Shown one piece after another: positions 27,936-36,720 of a DNA stretch of 63,978 nt. Both the position numbers and the translations under genes were made by a program. Origin of the DNA: Spirochaetota bacterium (GTDB lineage: Bacteria > Spirochaetota > GWE2-31-10); contig JBGUUT010000115.1 in assembly GCA_045133795.1 (NCBI GenBank), positions 1 to 63,978 of the forward strand, given 5' to 3'. The notes beneath the pieces are model-generated. The model did no database searches, was not told the origin of the DNA, and was given only the letters and a program-made list of their open reading frames with translations. Every line of letters starts with the position of its first letter. Position 1 is the stretch's first letter.

Positions 27936-28283
27936 TTATTCATCTTCGTCAAAATCGTTGTAATCTAATTCGTCGTCTTCGTAAATATCTTCATCATCAT
28001 CGTCGAATTCGTCGAAGTCTTCGTCATCTTCATCGTCGTAATCATCATCATAATCATCGTCTTCGTCATCATAGTCATCATAATCATCGAAGTCGTCATC
28101 ATAATCATCATCGTCGTCAAAATCTTCATCTTCATCGAAATCTTCGTCGAAGTCTTCGTCTTCATCTTCGTAATCGTCTTCATCGTCGTAATCATCATCA
28201 AAATCTTCGTCGCCGTCGTCATCATAAGCCGCAGCAAAAAGAGAATTTTTTTCTAGTAAATCTTCATCTTCTACATAAAACAT
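27936..28283 (-). CDS. extremely acidic low-complexity protein (Asp/Glu with periodic Phe/Tyr)
   Basis: By my count 79 of 115 residues are D/E, with one Lys and no Arg or His. A strong SD (AAGGGAGGGA) lies 9 nt before the ATG. The gene has its own TTGACA -35-like element upstream and its own terminator downstream. Confidence 0.6.
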   Translation of the reverse strand: MFYVEDEDLLEKNSLFAAAYDDDGDEDFDDDYDDEDDYEDEDEDFDEDFDEDEDFDDDDDYDDDFDDYDDYDDEDDDYDDDYDDEDDEDFDEFDDDDEDIYEDDELDYNDFDEDE

Positions 28284-28324
28284 AATAAGGTCCCTCCCTT
28301 AGTATCTCAAAAATTTTCATAGAC

Positions 28325-28353
28325 ATAGAACATAATGCTAATATTCTTGTCAA
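28325..28353 (-). promoter_or_regulatory. candidate promoter of the polyacidic-protein gene
   Basis: The minus strand reads TTGACA (28353..28348), a 17-nt spacer, then TTCTAT (28330..28325). The -10 element is weak. Confidence 0.3.
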
Positions 28354-28384
28354 GATATTTTTAGTGAATAAAATATATTTACTA

Positions 28385-29047
28385 TTAAAAAGTATTATTG
28401 AAAACAAAATTGCAATCTTTTTTAAAATAATCAAAGAAGTTATGAGAAGCCGTAAAAACTGGGATTTCGTATTCTTCTGTTAATATTTGCGGTAACGGCC
28501 AACAATCTTTTGCCATAACACACCAAACAACAGTCATTTCAACTTTTTTTTCAATAAAATCTGCCAATCTTACCGGCTCTTTTAACTGCAAATCTTTCAT
28601 AAAAGACAAAAAACCGGCAGCACTTTCTCTGTAAAAGTATTTGTTACTGATTTTGTCATTGCATAGGTAAAATTTTAATAATTGATTTCTGAGTTTATGT
28701 CCGAAACTGCTTTTTTTATATTTTCCGTTAAGAAGCGTACCGTAGAAATCCGGTTCGATAAAGAAAACTCCCTTTATTTTTTCAGAAAAACGTTTAACTA
28801 AATCTCCGGCAATATAAGAAAAGACTCCGAAAGAAACGATATAAACAGGTTCTTTTTTATTTATTATAATTTGTGATATTTTTAAAACAAATTCATCGTA
28901 AGTTGTATCTGTGGAATAGTCCAGGAAAGTTGGCTCATACTGAATATCCCCAAAAAGACTGTAAACAATTTCATTGCTAAAAATACGGTTAAAAGGGAAA
29001 AAAGGAGAGACTATAACACTTATTGGCTTATTATCTTCCGAATTCAC
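28385..29047 (-). CDS. hypothetical protein, possible small alpha/beta-hydrolase (esterase/thioesterase-like); last gene of the ACP-KS cassette
   Basis: Strand-like 'ISVIVSPFF', a nucleophile-elbow-like 'YIVSFGVFSYIAG', then 'VVWCVMAKD' and 'FTASHNFF' in the Ser..Asp..His order. The functional assignment is weak. Confidence 0.35.
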   Translation of the reverse strand: MNSEDNKPISVIVSPFFPFNRIFSNEIVYSLFGDIQYEPTFLDYSTDTTYDEFVLKISQIIINKKEPVYIVSFGVFSYIAGDLVKRFSEKIKGVFFIEPDFYGTLLNGKYKKSSFGHKLRNQLLKFYLCNDKISNKYFYRESAAGFLSFMKDLQLKEPVRLADFIEKKVEMTVVWCVMAKDCWPLPQILTEEYEIPVFTASHNFFDYFKKDCNFVFNNTF

Positions 29048-29096
29048 TTTCTACCTCCCAAATTACGATTTTATTAAATTTCAGATTATAAAATAA

Positions 29097-30458
29097 TCAA
29101 TCTAAATTGTTAATCATTGCTTCTATTGCAACTTTATTAATTTTGCCCATTTCATTTCGTGGGATTTTTGTTTGTAAAATTCTTTTAGGGATTGCGTATC
29201 CCGGCAATATTTTTCTTAAGTCTTTACTTATTTGAATTGTATTCAGTTTATCTTTGCATTCAGCCAGTAGGTAAATGTTTTCATCTTTACAACCGACAAA
29301 AATTTCATTTTCACCCAAAATAATTGCGTGTGTATCTTTTAAATAGTTAATGAAATTAGCAGAAATAAATCCTAAATCAATTCTTTTTCCGTGAATTTTT
29401 ACAAATCGAGTATTTCGTCCCAATAAAGTAAAATGTCTTTCATCAATAAATTTTACTATATCGCCGGTACAATATCCGACTTCCTTATCATATTCGACAG
29501 AAATTGCAGGAGATGAAATAAAAAGTTCCAGTTCTTCTGTCGGATGATAGTTTTTTACGTTAACATAATCAATTAATTCATAATTTGGATTTTTTGCATA
29601 TATGCGATATGCCATTCCGCCGGTTTCGGTAGAACCGTAAATCTCGTGAATTTTTATATTTTTATCAAAGAATTTCTTTGAAATTTCACCCGGTAAAGGA
29701 CCGGAAGAACTGAAAGCTCCTTTTAATTTTGAAAAACATTCTATTAAATTTAACTTATCAAATAATCCATAATACGAAGGAACAGCGACAAGATAGTCAA
29801 TTTTAGAATTTACAATATAATCTGCGATAGATTCCGGAGTAAAAAAAGAATTCAAATCAATTGTTGCTGAGGAAAAAATCGGTAACATTGTAAAAAGGAA
29901 ACCGTAAATATGGTAAATCGGCGGAATACATAGAAAAACATCACCTTTTTCTATAGAAAAAAGTTTTTGTAATTCTGCAAGTTCCGTAAGAATATTAGAA
30001 CTCCACTTGCCGATATTTTTAGATTTTCCGGTCGAACCTGATGTGAAAAAATATAAATCATAAATATTTTCGAAATCTTTTATATTTTCTGCGTTGAAAT
30101 CTTTTTCCGGAACAAGGTTAAAATCTGGTGTTAGGAAAATTCCGTTGTCATGGTGTTTGTTATCACTGATATAGATAATTCCCGGTTCGAAAAAAAGCTG
30201 AGGTTGAATCTCAATTGGAATCAAAACGGTAGCCAAATTTAATTTTTTCATTGTAAAAAAACTAATTAAGAATAGAAATCTGTCTTTTATATCAAGATAA
30301 ACACGTTTATTTTCAATGTTATTGCTTAACAATTTGCAGAAGTTTTGTTCTAAAAGTGCGATTTTTGTGTCGATTTCTTTTTTTGTATAACAAAAATTAT
30401 CATATAAAAATGAAACATTCTCCGAATCATTATAAACGGAATACAAATTATTTTTCAT
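29097..30458 (-). CDS. adenylate-forming (AMP-dependent) acyl ligase
   Basis: 'FFTSGSTGKSKNI' (A3 core), 'YGSTETGG' (A5), 'TGDIVKF' and 'LLGRNTRFVKIHGKRI' (A7/A8), and a C-terminal 'MGKINK' Lys. ATGA overlap with the upstream gene. Confidence 0.85.
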   Translation of the reverse strand: MKNNLYSVYNDSENVSFLYDNFCYTKKEIDTKIALLEQNFCKLLSNNIENKRVYLDIKDRFLFLISFFTMKKLNLATVLIPIEIQPQLFFEPGIIYISDNKHHDNGIFLTPDFNLVPEKDFNAENIKDFENIYDLYFFTSGSTGKSKNIGKWSSNILTELAELQKLFSIEKGDVFLCIPPIYHIYGFLFTMLPIFSSATIDLNSFFTPESIADYIVNSKIDYLVAVPSYYGLFDKLNLIECFSKLKGAFSSSGPLPGEISKKFFDKNIKIHEIYGSTETGGMAYRIYAKNPNYELIDYVNVKNYHPTEELELFISSPAISVEYDKEVGYCTGDIVKFIDERHFTLLGRNTRFVKIHGKRIDLGFISANFINYLKDTHAIILGENEIFVGCKDENIYLLAECKDKLNTIQISKDLRKILPGYAIPKRILQTKIPRNEMGKINKVAIEAMINNLD

Positions 30459-31342
30459 AGAACAACCTCGAAAAGATAATATATTCCGTTATTTTGTTCT
30501 ATTACTGCGGTTTTTCCTTTAATTTCTAAAATAAAAGGTAATGCTAAACGTGTTACTATTGAAATCGGAGAATCTGCGGTTAATGGATAATCAGTCAATA
30601 GTTCTGCGTTAACTTTATCTTTTAATGTTACAAAAGTTTCTTTGTCGGCAATAATGTGATTATATTCAGGAAGAGAATCAAGAATTTCTTGCCAATTATT
30701 TGATTCAGATTTTAAGAAAAAACCTTTTGTTTCATTTTCATTCTTAACAGCTTTATAAGAAATGAAGTTAGGAAAAAGTTTATAATCGTACTTAATTTCA
30801 AGATTATAAAATGAAGAATATTCGTCACCGGCAACAATAATAAATTGCGGATTTACTTTGATTAAAAATTTTATTAAATCAACGAAAGATTTTCCTGTAT
30901 TAATTCCGTCAGATACAGCCAAACAATAATTGTGACATTTATTAATGATTGTATAATATCCTAACGGTGTATTATGAACGGAATTATGAAATAGAACCGG
31001 ACTTACCAGCGTACTGTTATTAATTTTCAAATCTTCAATAATTTTATTTGATGTGTCGATTTCAGCAAAAGATGTAAATAAGTAAATTTCATCATCTTCT
31101 TGCAAGTCTTTAGCACCGCCGTTTTGCAATGCTTGAAAGACGCCTAAAGATAATTGACTCATTCTACGTTTTAACGGAGATTTAATATTGTTTGATAATT
31201 CGGGAATCTCTTGTGATAGATTCGGAGATAATTCAATTTGAGAAAGCAATCCTTTGTTGTACATTTCTTTCAATGTATCTGTAGACGAAACCTCAGAATT
31301 TATGAAATGAATATCTTTGATGTAAGTGAATTCTTGTTTCAT
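30455..31342 (-). CDS. Cys-less ketosynthase-N-terminal-like protein (chain-length-factor-type, PF13723-like)
   Basis: 'LKRRMSQLSLGVFQAL' and 'VSPVLFHNSVHNTPLGYYTII......CLAVSDGINTGKSF' match my recollection of the Ketoacyl-synt_2 family of aryl-polyene-type loci. There is no active-site Cys/His/His triad. TAATG overlap with the KS gene. Confidence 0.55.
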   Translation of the reverse strand: MKQEFTYIKDIHFINSEVSSTDTLKEMYNKGLLSQIELSPNLSQEIPELSNNIKSPLKRRMSQLSLGVFQALQNGGAKDLQEDDEIYLFTSFAEIDTSNKIIEDLKINNSTLVSPVLFHNSVHNTPLGYYTIINKCHNYCLAVSDGINTGKSFVDLIKFLIKVNPQFIIVAGDEYSSFYNLEIKYDYKLFPNFISYKAVKNENETKGFFLKSESNNWQEILDSLPEYNHIIADKETFVTLKDKVNAELLTDYPLTADSPISIVTRLALPFILEIKGKTAVIEQNNGIYYLFEVVL

Positions 31343-32514
31343 TACATCTCCTTTTCACTGGAATTATCGGACATATTTGTCTTTATTAATACAGAAACGT
31401 TATTTCCGCCGAATCCGAATGAATTTTTAAGGAAATATTTTATGTTTTCTGCTTTTATAGTTTTAGATGGAATTAACGCACTTATCGGATTTGAGAATGT
31501 TTTCGGTTGATAAATAAAACCTTCTTTTAACATATCAATACAAAGTGAGATTTCCGTAATTGTAGATGCCCCCAAAGTATGTCCGATATATGATTTTAAT
31601 GAAGTAACACATGTATTACGTTCGTCAAAAATTGTTTCTAATGCAGATAACTCTACTTGATCGTTCATTTTTGTTCCGGTTCCGTGTGCGTTGATGTAAC
31701 CTACATCGTTCGCAGAAATTCCGGCTTCATTTAATGCATCGTGAATACATTTTTTTTGATTGGTTCCGGAAGGATCCGGAGCTGTTATATGATGACCGTC
31801 AACACCGGAACCGACTCCGGCAATTTCAAAATCATTTGGAGTTCTGGCTTTATTTTCTAAAACTAGAACACCGGCACCTTCACCTAATGTAAGACCGTCA
31901 CGTTGTTCTGTTAACGGACATGAAGGTTTATCTGAAACTAATTGCAATGAATCAAAGCCAATTAGTGTTGTTTGCGAAATTATATCAATTCCCAATAGAA
32001 TAGCACTGTTTATTACTCCGGCTTTTATCAAACGAGCTGCTTGATAAATAGCATGACCGGAAGATGAACACGCAGTGGAAAAAGTGAAAATCTCACCGAT
32101 TTTACCTTTTGGATATCTATATCTTATGTCCGTACTGGTTTTATTAAAAAAATGATTTTCAAATACGGAATAAGATGATTTTTTATTAGTTAAATCAATG
32201 TAATTCAACTCAGTTTCTCTTATTCCTCCGGTAGATGAAGATAAGAAAACCGGAATATTATCATTTGCATCGATAAAGTCTTTGCACTTATCTAAAAGCG
32301 AAAAAATGATGGCAGATGACCTTACTTGATTTTTATATTCATTAAATGCTGATGGAATAACATAAAAAGGTTTAGTAAAATTAAAAGCTTTTTCGTCTGT
32401 TATCGGTTGGGGATTTTGCTGACTTAACGACCGTAGAATTTCATCAGTTGTAATACCAAGGGAGCTTGCACTCCCATGGTATGTTATAAAAACTCTATTT
32501 TTTTGCGTTTTCAT
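31342..32514 (-). CDS. beta-ketoacyl-ACP synthase (KAS I/II, FabF/FabB-like)
   Basis: Active-site Cys in 'FSTACSSSGHAI', His in 'VDGHHITAPDP', His in 'YINAHGTGT', plus 'GHTLGAS' and 'NSFGFGGNN'. Confidence 0.9.
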   Translation of the reverse strand: MKTQKNRVFITYHGSASSLGITTDEILRSLSQQNPQPITDEKAFNFTKPFYVIPSAFNEYKNQVRSSAIIFSLLDKCKDFIDANDNIPVFLSSSTGGIRETELNYIDLTNKKSSYSVFENHFFNKTSTDIRYRYPKGKIGEIFTFSTACSSSGHAIYQAARLIKAGVINSAILLGIDIISQTTLIGFDSLQLVSDKPSCPLTEQRDGLTLGEGAGVLVLENKARTPNDFEIAGVGSGVDGHHITAPDPSGTNQKKCIHDALNEAGISANDVGYINAHGTGTKMNDQVELSALETIFDERNTCVTSLKSYIGHTLGASTITEISLCIDMLKEGFIYQPKTFSNPISALIPSKTIKAENIKYFLKNSFGFGGNNVSVLIKTNMSDNSSEKEM

Positions 32515-32749
32515 TCACAAAGTCGTAGAATATTTGAAAAGAATCAAGTTTATTTTGATTCAAATCTTTGTCTTTTATTTTGATTCCAAATTTTTTCTCG
32601 ATTTCAACAATCAATTCTAAAACATCTATAGAATCAAAAAACAATCCGTCTTCCCCAATTAAAACGGTATCATCTGTAATCGAACTGATATCATCATCAC
32701 TTTTGGCTACAGTCAGAATTACTTTTTTTAATTCGTCTTTATCTACCAT
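32495..32749 (-). CDS. dedicated acyl carrier protein
   Basis: 84 aa. 'GLFFDSIDVLELIVEIE' carries the DS(I/L) phosphopantetheine-Ser motif. The 3' end overlaps the KS start by 20 nt. Confidence 0.8.
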   Translation of the reverse strand: MVDKDELKKVILTVAKSDDDISSITDDTVLIGEDGLFFDSIDVLELIVEIEKKFGIKIKDKDLNQNKLDSFQIFYDFVNENAKK

Positions 32750-32773
32750 AATTTTTCTCCCTTAATAAAATCT

Positions 32774-33328
32774 TTATTCTACAATTGTAGTTACAGCTTC
32801 AGGAGAATAATTAATATCATTTAAGATTTTAACAATTCGTTTTTGTGTATCTTCGTTTTTAAGTGCGTCTTTTGTTAAAGTATAATATAAACCACTTTTT
32901 TCTTTTTCATAGTAAGACTTCATTTCAGTTTTAACAGCATCATCTGAAATCTTTTCTATAATAAAAGCTTCAAAGTCTTCTGCATTAATATTTTCCGGAG
33001 CTTCAGTTAAACCTTTAACTACAGTTTCAGAAGTGATTCCGGCATCGAATTCAAGTTCGCTTATAAGCTTATTTCCGATTTGAGCATCACGAGTAGTCTT
33101 TGCAGAAATAGAACCGATTATTAAACTTAAAACAAAAAATAAAACTAAAAGAACAGAAGTTATCTTAGTAAGCATTGTCGCAGAACTTGCACCAAAGAAA
33201 GACTGAGATGACCCACCGAGAATTCCCAATCCACCGCCGGATTTATCTTCTTGAACGAGGATAACCAAAGTCATCAAAACGCAAACGACAATCATAAATA
33301 TAGCTAAAATATTAATTGTTAAATGCAT
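32774..33328 (-). CDS. secG: preprotein translocase subunit SecG with about 105-aa C-terminal extension
   Basis: The N-terminal 75 aa, 'VILVQEDKSGGGLGILGGSSQSFFGAS...', plus a second TM are typical SecG. The gene follows tpiA after an 18-nt gap. Confidence 0.75.
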   Translation of the reverse strand: MHLTINILAIFMIVVCVLMTLVILVQEDKSGGGLGILGGSSQSFFGASSATMLTKITSVLLVLFFVLSLIIGSISAKTTRDAQIGNKLISELEFDAGITSETVVKGLTEAPENINAEDFEAFIIEKISDDAVKTEMKSYYEKEKSGLYYTLTKDALKNEDTQKRIVKILNDINYSPEAVTTIVE

Positions 33329-33346
33329 TATTTTATTTCCTTAAAA

Positions 33347-34108
33347 TTAAACTTTTTCAAATTTAGCAATCTTTGTAAACGGAGCTAATTTCAATGATGC
33401 ACCGCCGACTAAAGCACCGTCAATGTTTTTCTGAGCCATTAAGCTGTCTACGTTTGTATCAGAAACAGAACCGCCGTATTGAACAGTTACATTTTCTGCA
33501 ACTTCAGCACCGTAAAGATTTGTTAATATGTTTCTAATGTCTTGGTGAGTTGCTTCTGCAATTTCTGGAGTTGCAGTTTTTCCTGTACCGATAGCCCAAA
33601 CTGGTTCATATGCAATTACAATATTAGCCATTTCTGCTGCAGAAACGTCTTTTAAACCTTCTTCAAGTTGTGTTTTTACAACATTAGCTGTAATTCCAGC
33701 TTCTCTTTCTTCTAAGTGTTCTCCGATACAAAGAACAGGTTTCAAACCTTTTGCTAATGCAAATTTAACTTTTTTGTTAATTAAAGCATTGTCTTCTTTG
33801 TAGATGTCTCTTCTTTCTGAGTGTCCTAAAATAACGTATTCAACGCCAAGGTCTAATAACATGTCAGCTGAAACTTCTCCGGTATAAGCACCTTTTTCGT
33901 TGTCATTCATGTTTTGTGCTCCTAATTTTATAGGAGTTCCTGCGATTGCTTCTTTTACATAAGCAAGAGATGCGAAATTCGGTGCAATCATCACGTCAAC
34001 ATCTTTATCTAAATCTTTAATGTTAGCAGCAAGCTCAGCAGCAAATTTTTTTGCTTCACTTGGAGTTAAATTCATTTTCCAATTTCCTGCCATTAAATAT
34101 CTTCTCAT
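33347..34108 (-). CDS. tpiA: triosephosphate isomerase
   Basis: 'MAGNWKMN', 'GAYTGEVS', 'VILGHSERR', 'AYEPVWAIGTG' and 'YGGSV'. Confidence 0.95.
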   Translation of the reverse strand: MRRYLMAGNWKMNLTPSEAKKFAAELAANIKDLDKDVDVMIAPNFASLAYVKEAIAGTPIKLGAQNMNDNEKGAYTGEVSADMLLDLGVEYVILGHSERRDIYKEDNALINKKVKFALAKGLKPVLCIGEHLEEREAGITANVVKTQLEEGLKDVSAAEMANIVIAYEPVWAIGTGKTATPEIAEATHQDIRNILTNLYGAEVAENVTVQYGGSVSDTNVDSLMAQKNIDGALVGGASLKLAPFTKIAKFEKV

Positions 34109-34270
34109 AATACTTACTCCACTGAAAAAAAATAATTGGGTCGAATATACCTTTATGAGATTAAAATGTCAAAGTTTTTTTCGACATTAAGGATTTGTAA
34201 TTCTTAGCTGTACGTTTTTATTAAAATGAAGTAAATATTATTTTCAGTTATTTGGTGAGGAGATTTTTTT

Positions 34271-34963
34271 ATGTATTTTGATCCTTTATATTTATTGCTT
34301 TCGGCTCCGGTATTAATATTTTCAATGTTGGCACAATGGGCTGTAAAGTCTAATTTTTCAAAATATTCAAAAGTAAGAAATAGTTACGGAATTTCGGGAA
34401 GCGAAATTGCACGTTTAATTTTAGAACGCAATGGAATTATGGATGTAAAAGTGGAACCTACGAGAGGGTGGTTGTCGGATCATTATTCTCCGTCAGAAAG
34501 GGTGTTAAGGTTATCAGAACCGGTATATAACAGTAATTCAATTGCGGCTATCGGGGTTGCAGCACATGAAGCGGGCCATGCATTGCAACATAAATTCGGT
34601 TATTCTATGATGACACTCAGACAAAGTCTTGCATATCCGGCTTCATTTGCAAGTAACATTTCGGTGTGGTTAATTGTCATTGGTGCATTAATAGGAGCGA
34701 TGGGATTAGCAAAAATAGGTTTTGTATTATTTTGTATTGTTGTTTTATTTCAGATAGTGACTCTTCCCGTGGAATTTGATGCATCAAGAAGAGCAAAAAA
34801 ATTATTGGTTGAATACGGAATTGCAGACCGCAGAGATTCTTCCGGAGTTGCCAGTGTTTTAAATGCGGCAGCAATGACTTATGTGGCAGCTGCAGCCTCT
34901 TCAATAAGTCAATTATTGTATTATGCAATTCGTTTGGGATTATTTAACAGAAGAGATGATTAA
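34271..34963 (+). CDS. zinc metallopeptidase, YugP family (Zn_peptidase_2)
   Basis: 'MYFDPLYLLL', 'LSDHYSPSERVLRLSE' and 'AAHEAGHALQH' (HExxH), with C-terminal TM helices. Confidence 0.85.
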   Translation: MYFDPLYLLLSAPVLIFSMLAQWAVKSNFSKYSKVRNSYGISGSEIARLILERNGIMDVKVEPTRGWLSDHYSPSERVLRLSEPVYNSNSIAAIGVAAHEAGHALQHKFGYSMMTLRQSLAYPASFASNISVWLIVIGALIGAMGLAKIGFVLFCIVVLFQIVTLPVEFDASRRAKKLLVEYGIADRRDSSGVASVLNAAAMTYVAAAASSISQLLYYAIRLGLFNRRDD

Positions 34964-35005
34964 AGTTTAATGTTATTTGAATGCAGGATAAGGTGAAGTT
35001 ATTAT

Positions 35006-36052
35006 ATGAACAATATTCGTATAAAGATATTGAATATAAATAATAATGAATTATTAAAAAAGCTTCTTAGGTCTTTTAAGAATCAATACCATATAGAGTG
35101 TATTGAAGAAAAGGATTTAACAGTTGAGAAATTGGAAAGTATTAAACCGGATATTGTAATTTCTTCCTTAATATGTAGAGATTTATTTATTTGGAAAAAG
35201 AAGTATTCCGCCAGATTAATTCAGGTATTTGACACATTGGAAGATGTTTCATTGGATGCACAGGTAGATGATTTTATTGTTTTAAATCAAGCGGATACAA
35301 AGCTTAGATTGGCACAAGTTTTAAAATTGCATGAGCAGTTTTTTGATTTGGAGCATAGATTTCAAAAACATTATAATTTTTTATCTGCGATGGTTCATGA
35401 TTTAAAAACTCCGTTATCGGCAATCTTAGGGTTTGCAGAATTATTGCAGGAAGAACGAATCTGCGGAGAATTAAATCAAAAGCAAGAAAAGTTTGTTACG
35501 CAGATAACAAATTCAGCGAATCATCTTTTTCAAATGGTAAAAGATTTTCTGAATTATTCGATAGTAGAATCCGGGCGAATACAATTGGATGTAAAAAAAC
35601 AAAATTTAAATGATGTTCTTTATCAGATTTATCCGGAAATTGCAGTTTTGGTTAAAAGCCGAGAAATTAATTATATAACATCAGTTCCTGACAATGTTTA
35701 CGGTTATTTTGACGAAGAACGATTGCGACAAGTTTTGGAGAATTTAATTTCAAATGCGGTAAAATTTACGTCAAAACAAGGGATGATTCAGGTCTTTGCT
35801 TCCAGAGTAAAAAAGAGTTTGAAGATAACTGTTCGGGATACGGGGATAGGAATGGCTGCGGAGGATATAGAAAAAGTTTTGGATAAAGAAAATCTTTTTA
35901 CAACAGTCGGAATTCTCGGAGAAAAAGGAACCGGGCTCGGAGTTTCAATTTGTGCTGAAATCATGCGAGCTCACGGCGGAACGTTCAGTATAGAAAGCCA
36001 ACTCGGAGAAGGAACAACAGTAACGTTAGTTTTTCCGGATCATACTTATTAA
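35006..36052 (+). CDS. soluble sensor histidine kinase with N-terminal pseudo-receiver-like domain
   Basis: HisKA 'FLSAMVHDLKTPLSAILGFAELL'. HATPase N-box 'LENLISNAVKFT', G1 'VRDTGIGM' and G2 'GTGLGVSIC'. No TM segment. Confidence 0.85.
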   Translation: MNNIRIKILNINNNELLKKLLRSFKNQYHIECIEEKDLTVEKLESIKPDIVISSLICRDLFIWKKKYSARLIQVFDTLEDVSLDAQVDDFIVLNQADTKLRLAQVLKLHEQFFDLEHRFQKHYNFLSAMVHDLKTPLSAILGFAELLQEERICGELNQKQEKFVTQITNSANHLFQMVKDFLNYSIVESGRIQLDVKKQNLNDVLYQIYPEIAVLVKSREINYITSVPDNVYGYFDEERLRQVLENLISNAVKFTSKQGMIQVFASRVKKSLKITVRDTGIGMAAEDIEKVLDKENLFTTVGILGEKGTGLGVSICAEIMRAHGGTFSIESQLGEGTTVTLVFPDHTY

Positions 36053-36720
36053 TTTTTTATCAAGTAAACATTTGTACTGCTTAATAAGTTATTATTTTTT
36101 GAATCTTTCACTATTGAACTTTTAATTGAGTAACCGGCATTTTTCATTAATGTCAAAAAATCATTGATATAAGTTCTGCCCGGGTCGGCTAAATATACAG
36201 GGATTTTCTTTTGTAAAAAGGTATTCAACACATTAAATAGCGGAATTACTTGTTTTTTTTCATACAAAACATCAGAGCAAATTACGATATTGATGTTTTC
36301 TTTTATTTCGGGAAAATCTCGCCAATCAGCGATAAGCGTGTCAAAATTTTCTAAATTGTTAATTTCACAATTGTGTTTGCATAATTGACAACTGTATTCT
36401 TCATAATCTGTAAAAATTACTCTGCAATTACTGTTTATTGCCAGGGCGATTCCGGAGATTCCCGTTCCGGCTCCTAATTCTAAAATTGTTTTCTCTTGTA
36501 ATGCGGGAATGTCATTGAGTATGTGTTCAGCTAATAAAACTCCGGAATCCCAGATGGCGAAAAAATAAGGAAAACGTTCATCTTTTTCAAATTGTTCGTT
36601 AGTCATTTGGTCAATTATGGAGTCAAGGTCGTCACTGTAATCGATTTTGAATTTTTTATTGCCGCAAGACAGTTGTTTACTTTTTAGTTTTACATTGGAG
36701 AAAATATCTTTCATTTCCAT
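36049..36720 (-). CDS. class I SAM-dependent methyltransferase (Methyltransf_16-like)
   Basis: 'ILELGAGTGISGIALA', 'VIFTDY' and 'IVICSDVLY'. Confidence 0.7.
   Translation of the reverse strand: MEMKDIFSNVKLKSKQLSCGNKKFKIDYSDDLDSIIDQMTNEQFEKDERFPYFFAIWDSGVLLAEHILNDIPALQEKTILELGAGTGISGIALAINSNCRVIFTDYEEYSCQLCKHNCEINNLENFDTLIADWRDFPEIKENINIVICSDVLYEKKQVIPLFNVLNTFLQKKIPVYLADPGRTYINDFLTLMKNAGYSIKSSIVKDSKNNNLLSSTNVYLIKN

Noticed and set aside
27965-28237. 90-aa M/T/K-rich ORF in an alternative minus-strand frame of the polyacidic gene
   Set aside because: It is a frame-shifted reading of the same GAT/GAA repeat. It has no SD, whereas the D/E frame has a strong SD and an ordinary N-terminus.
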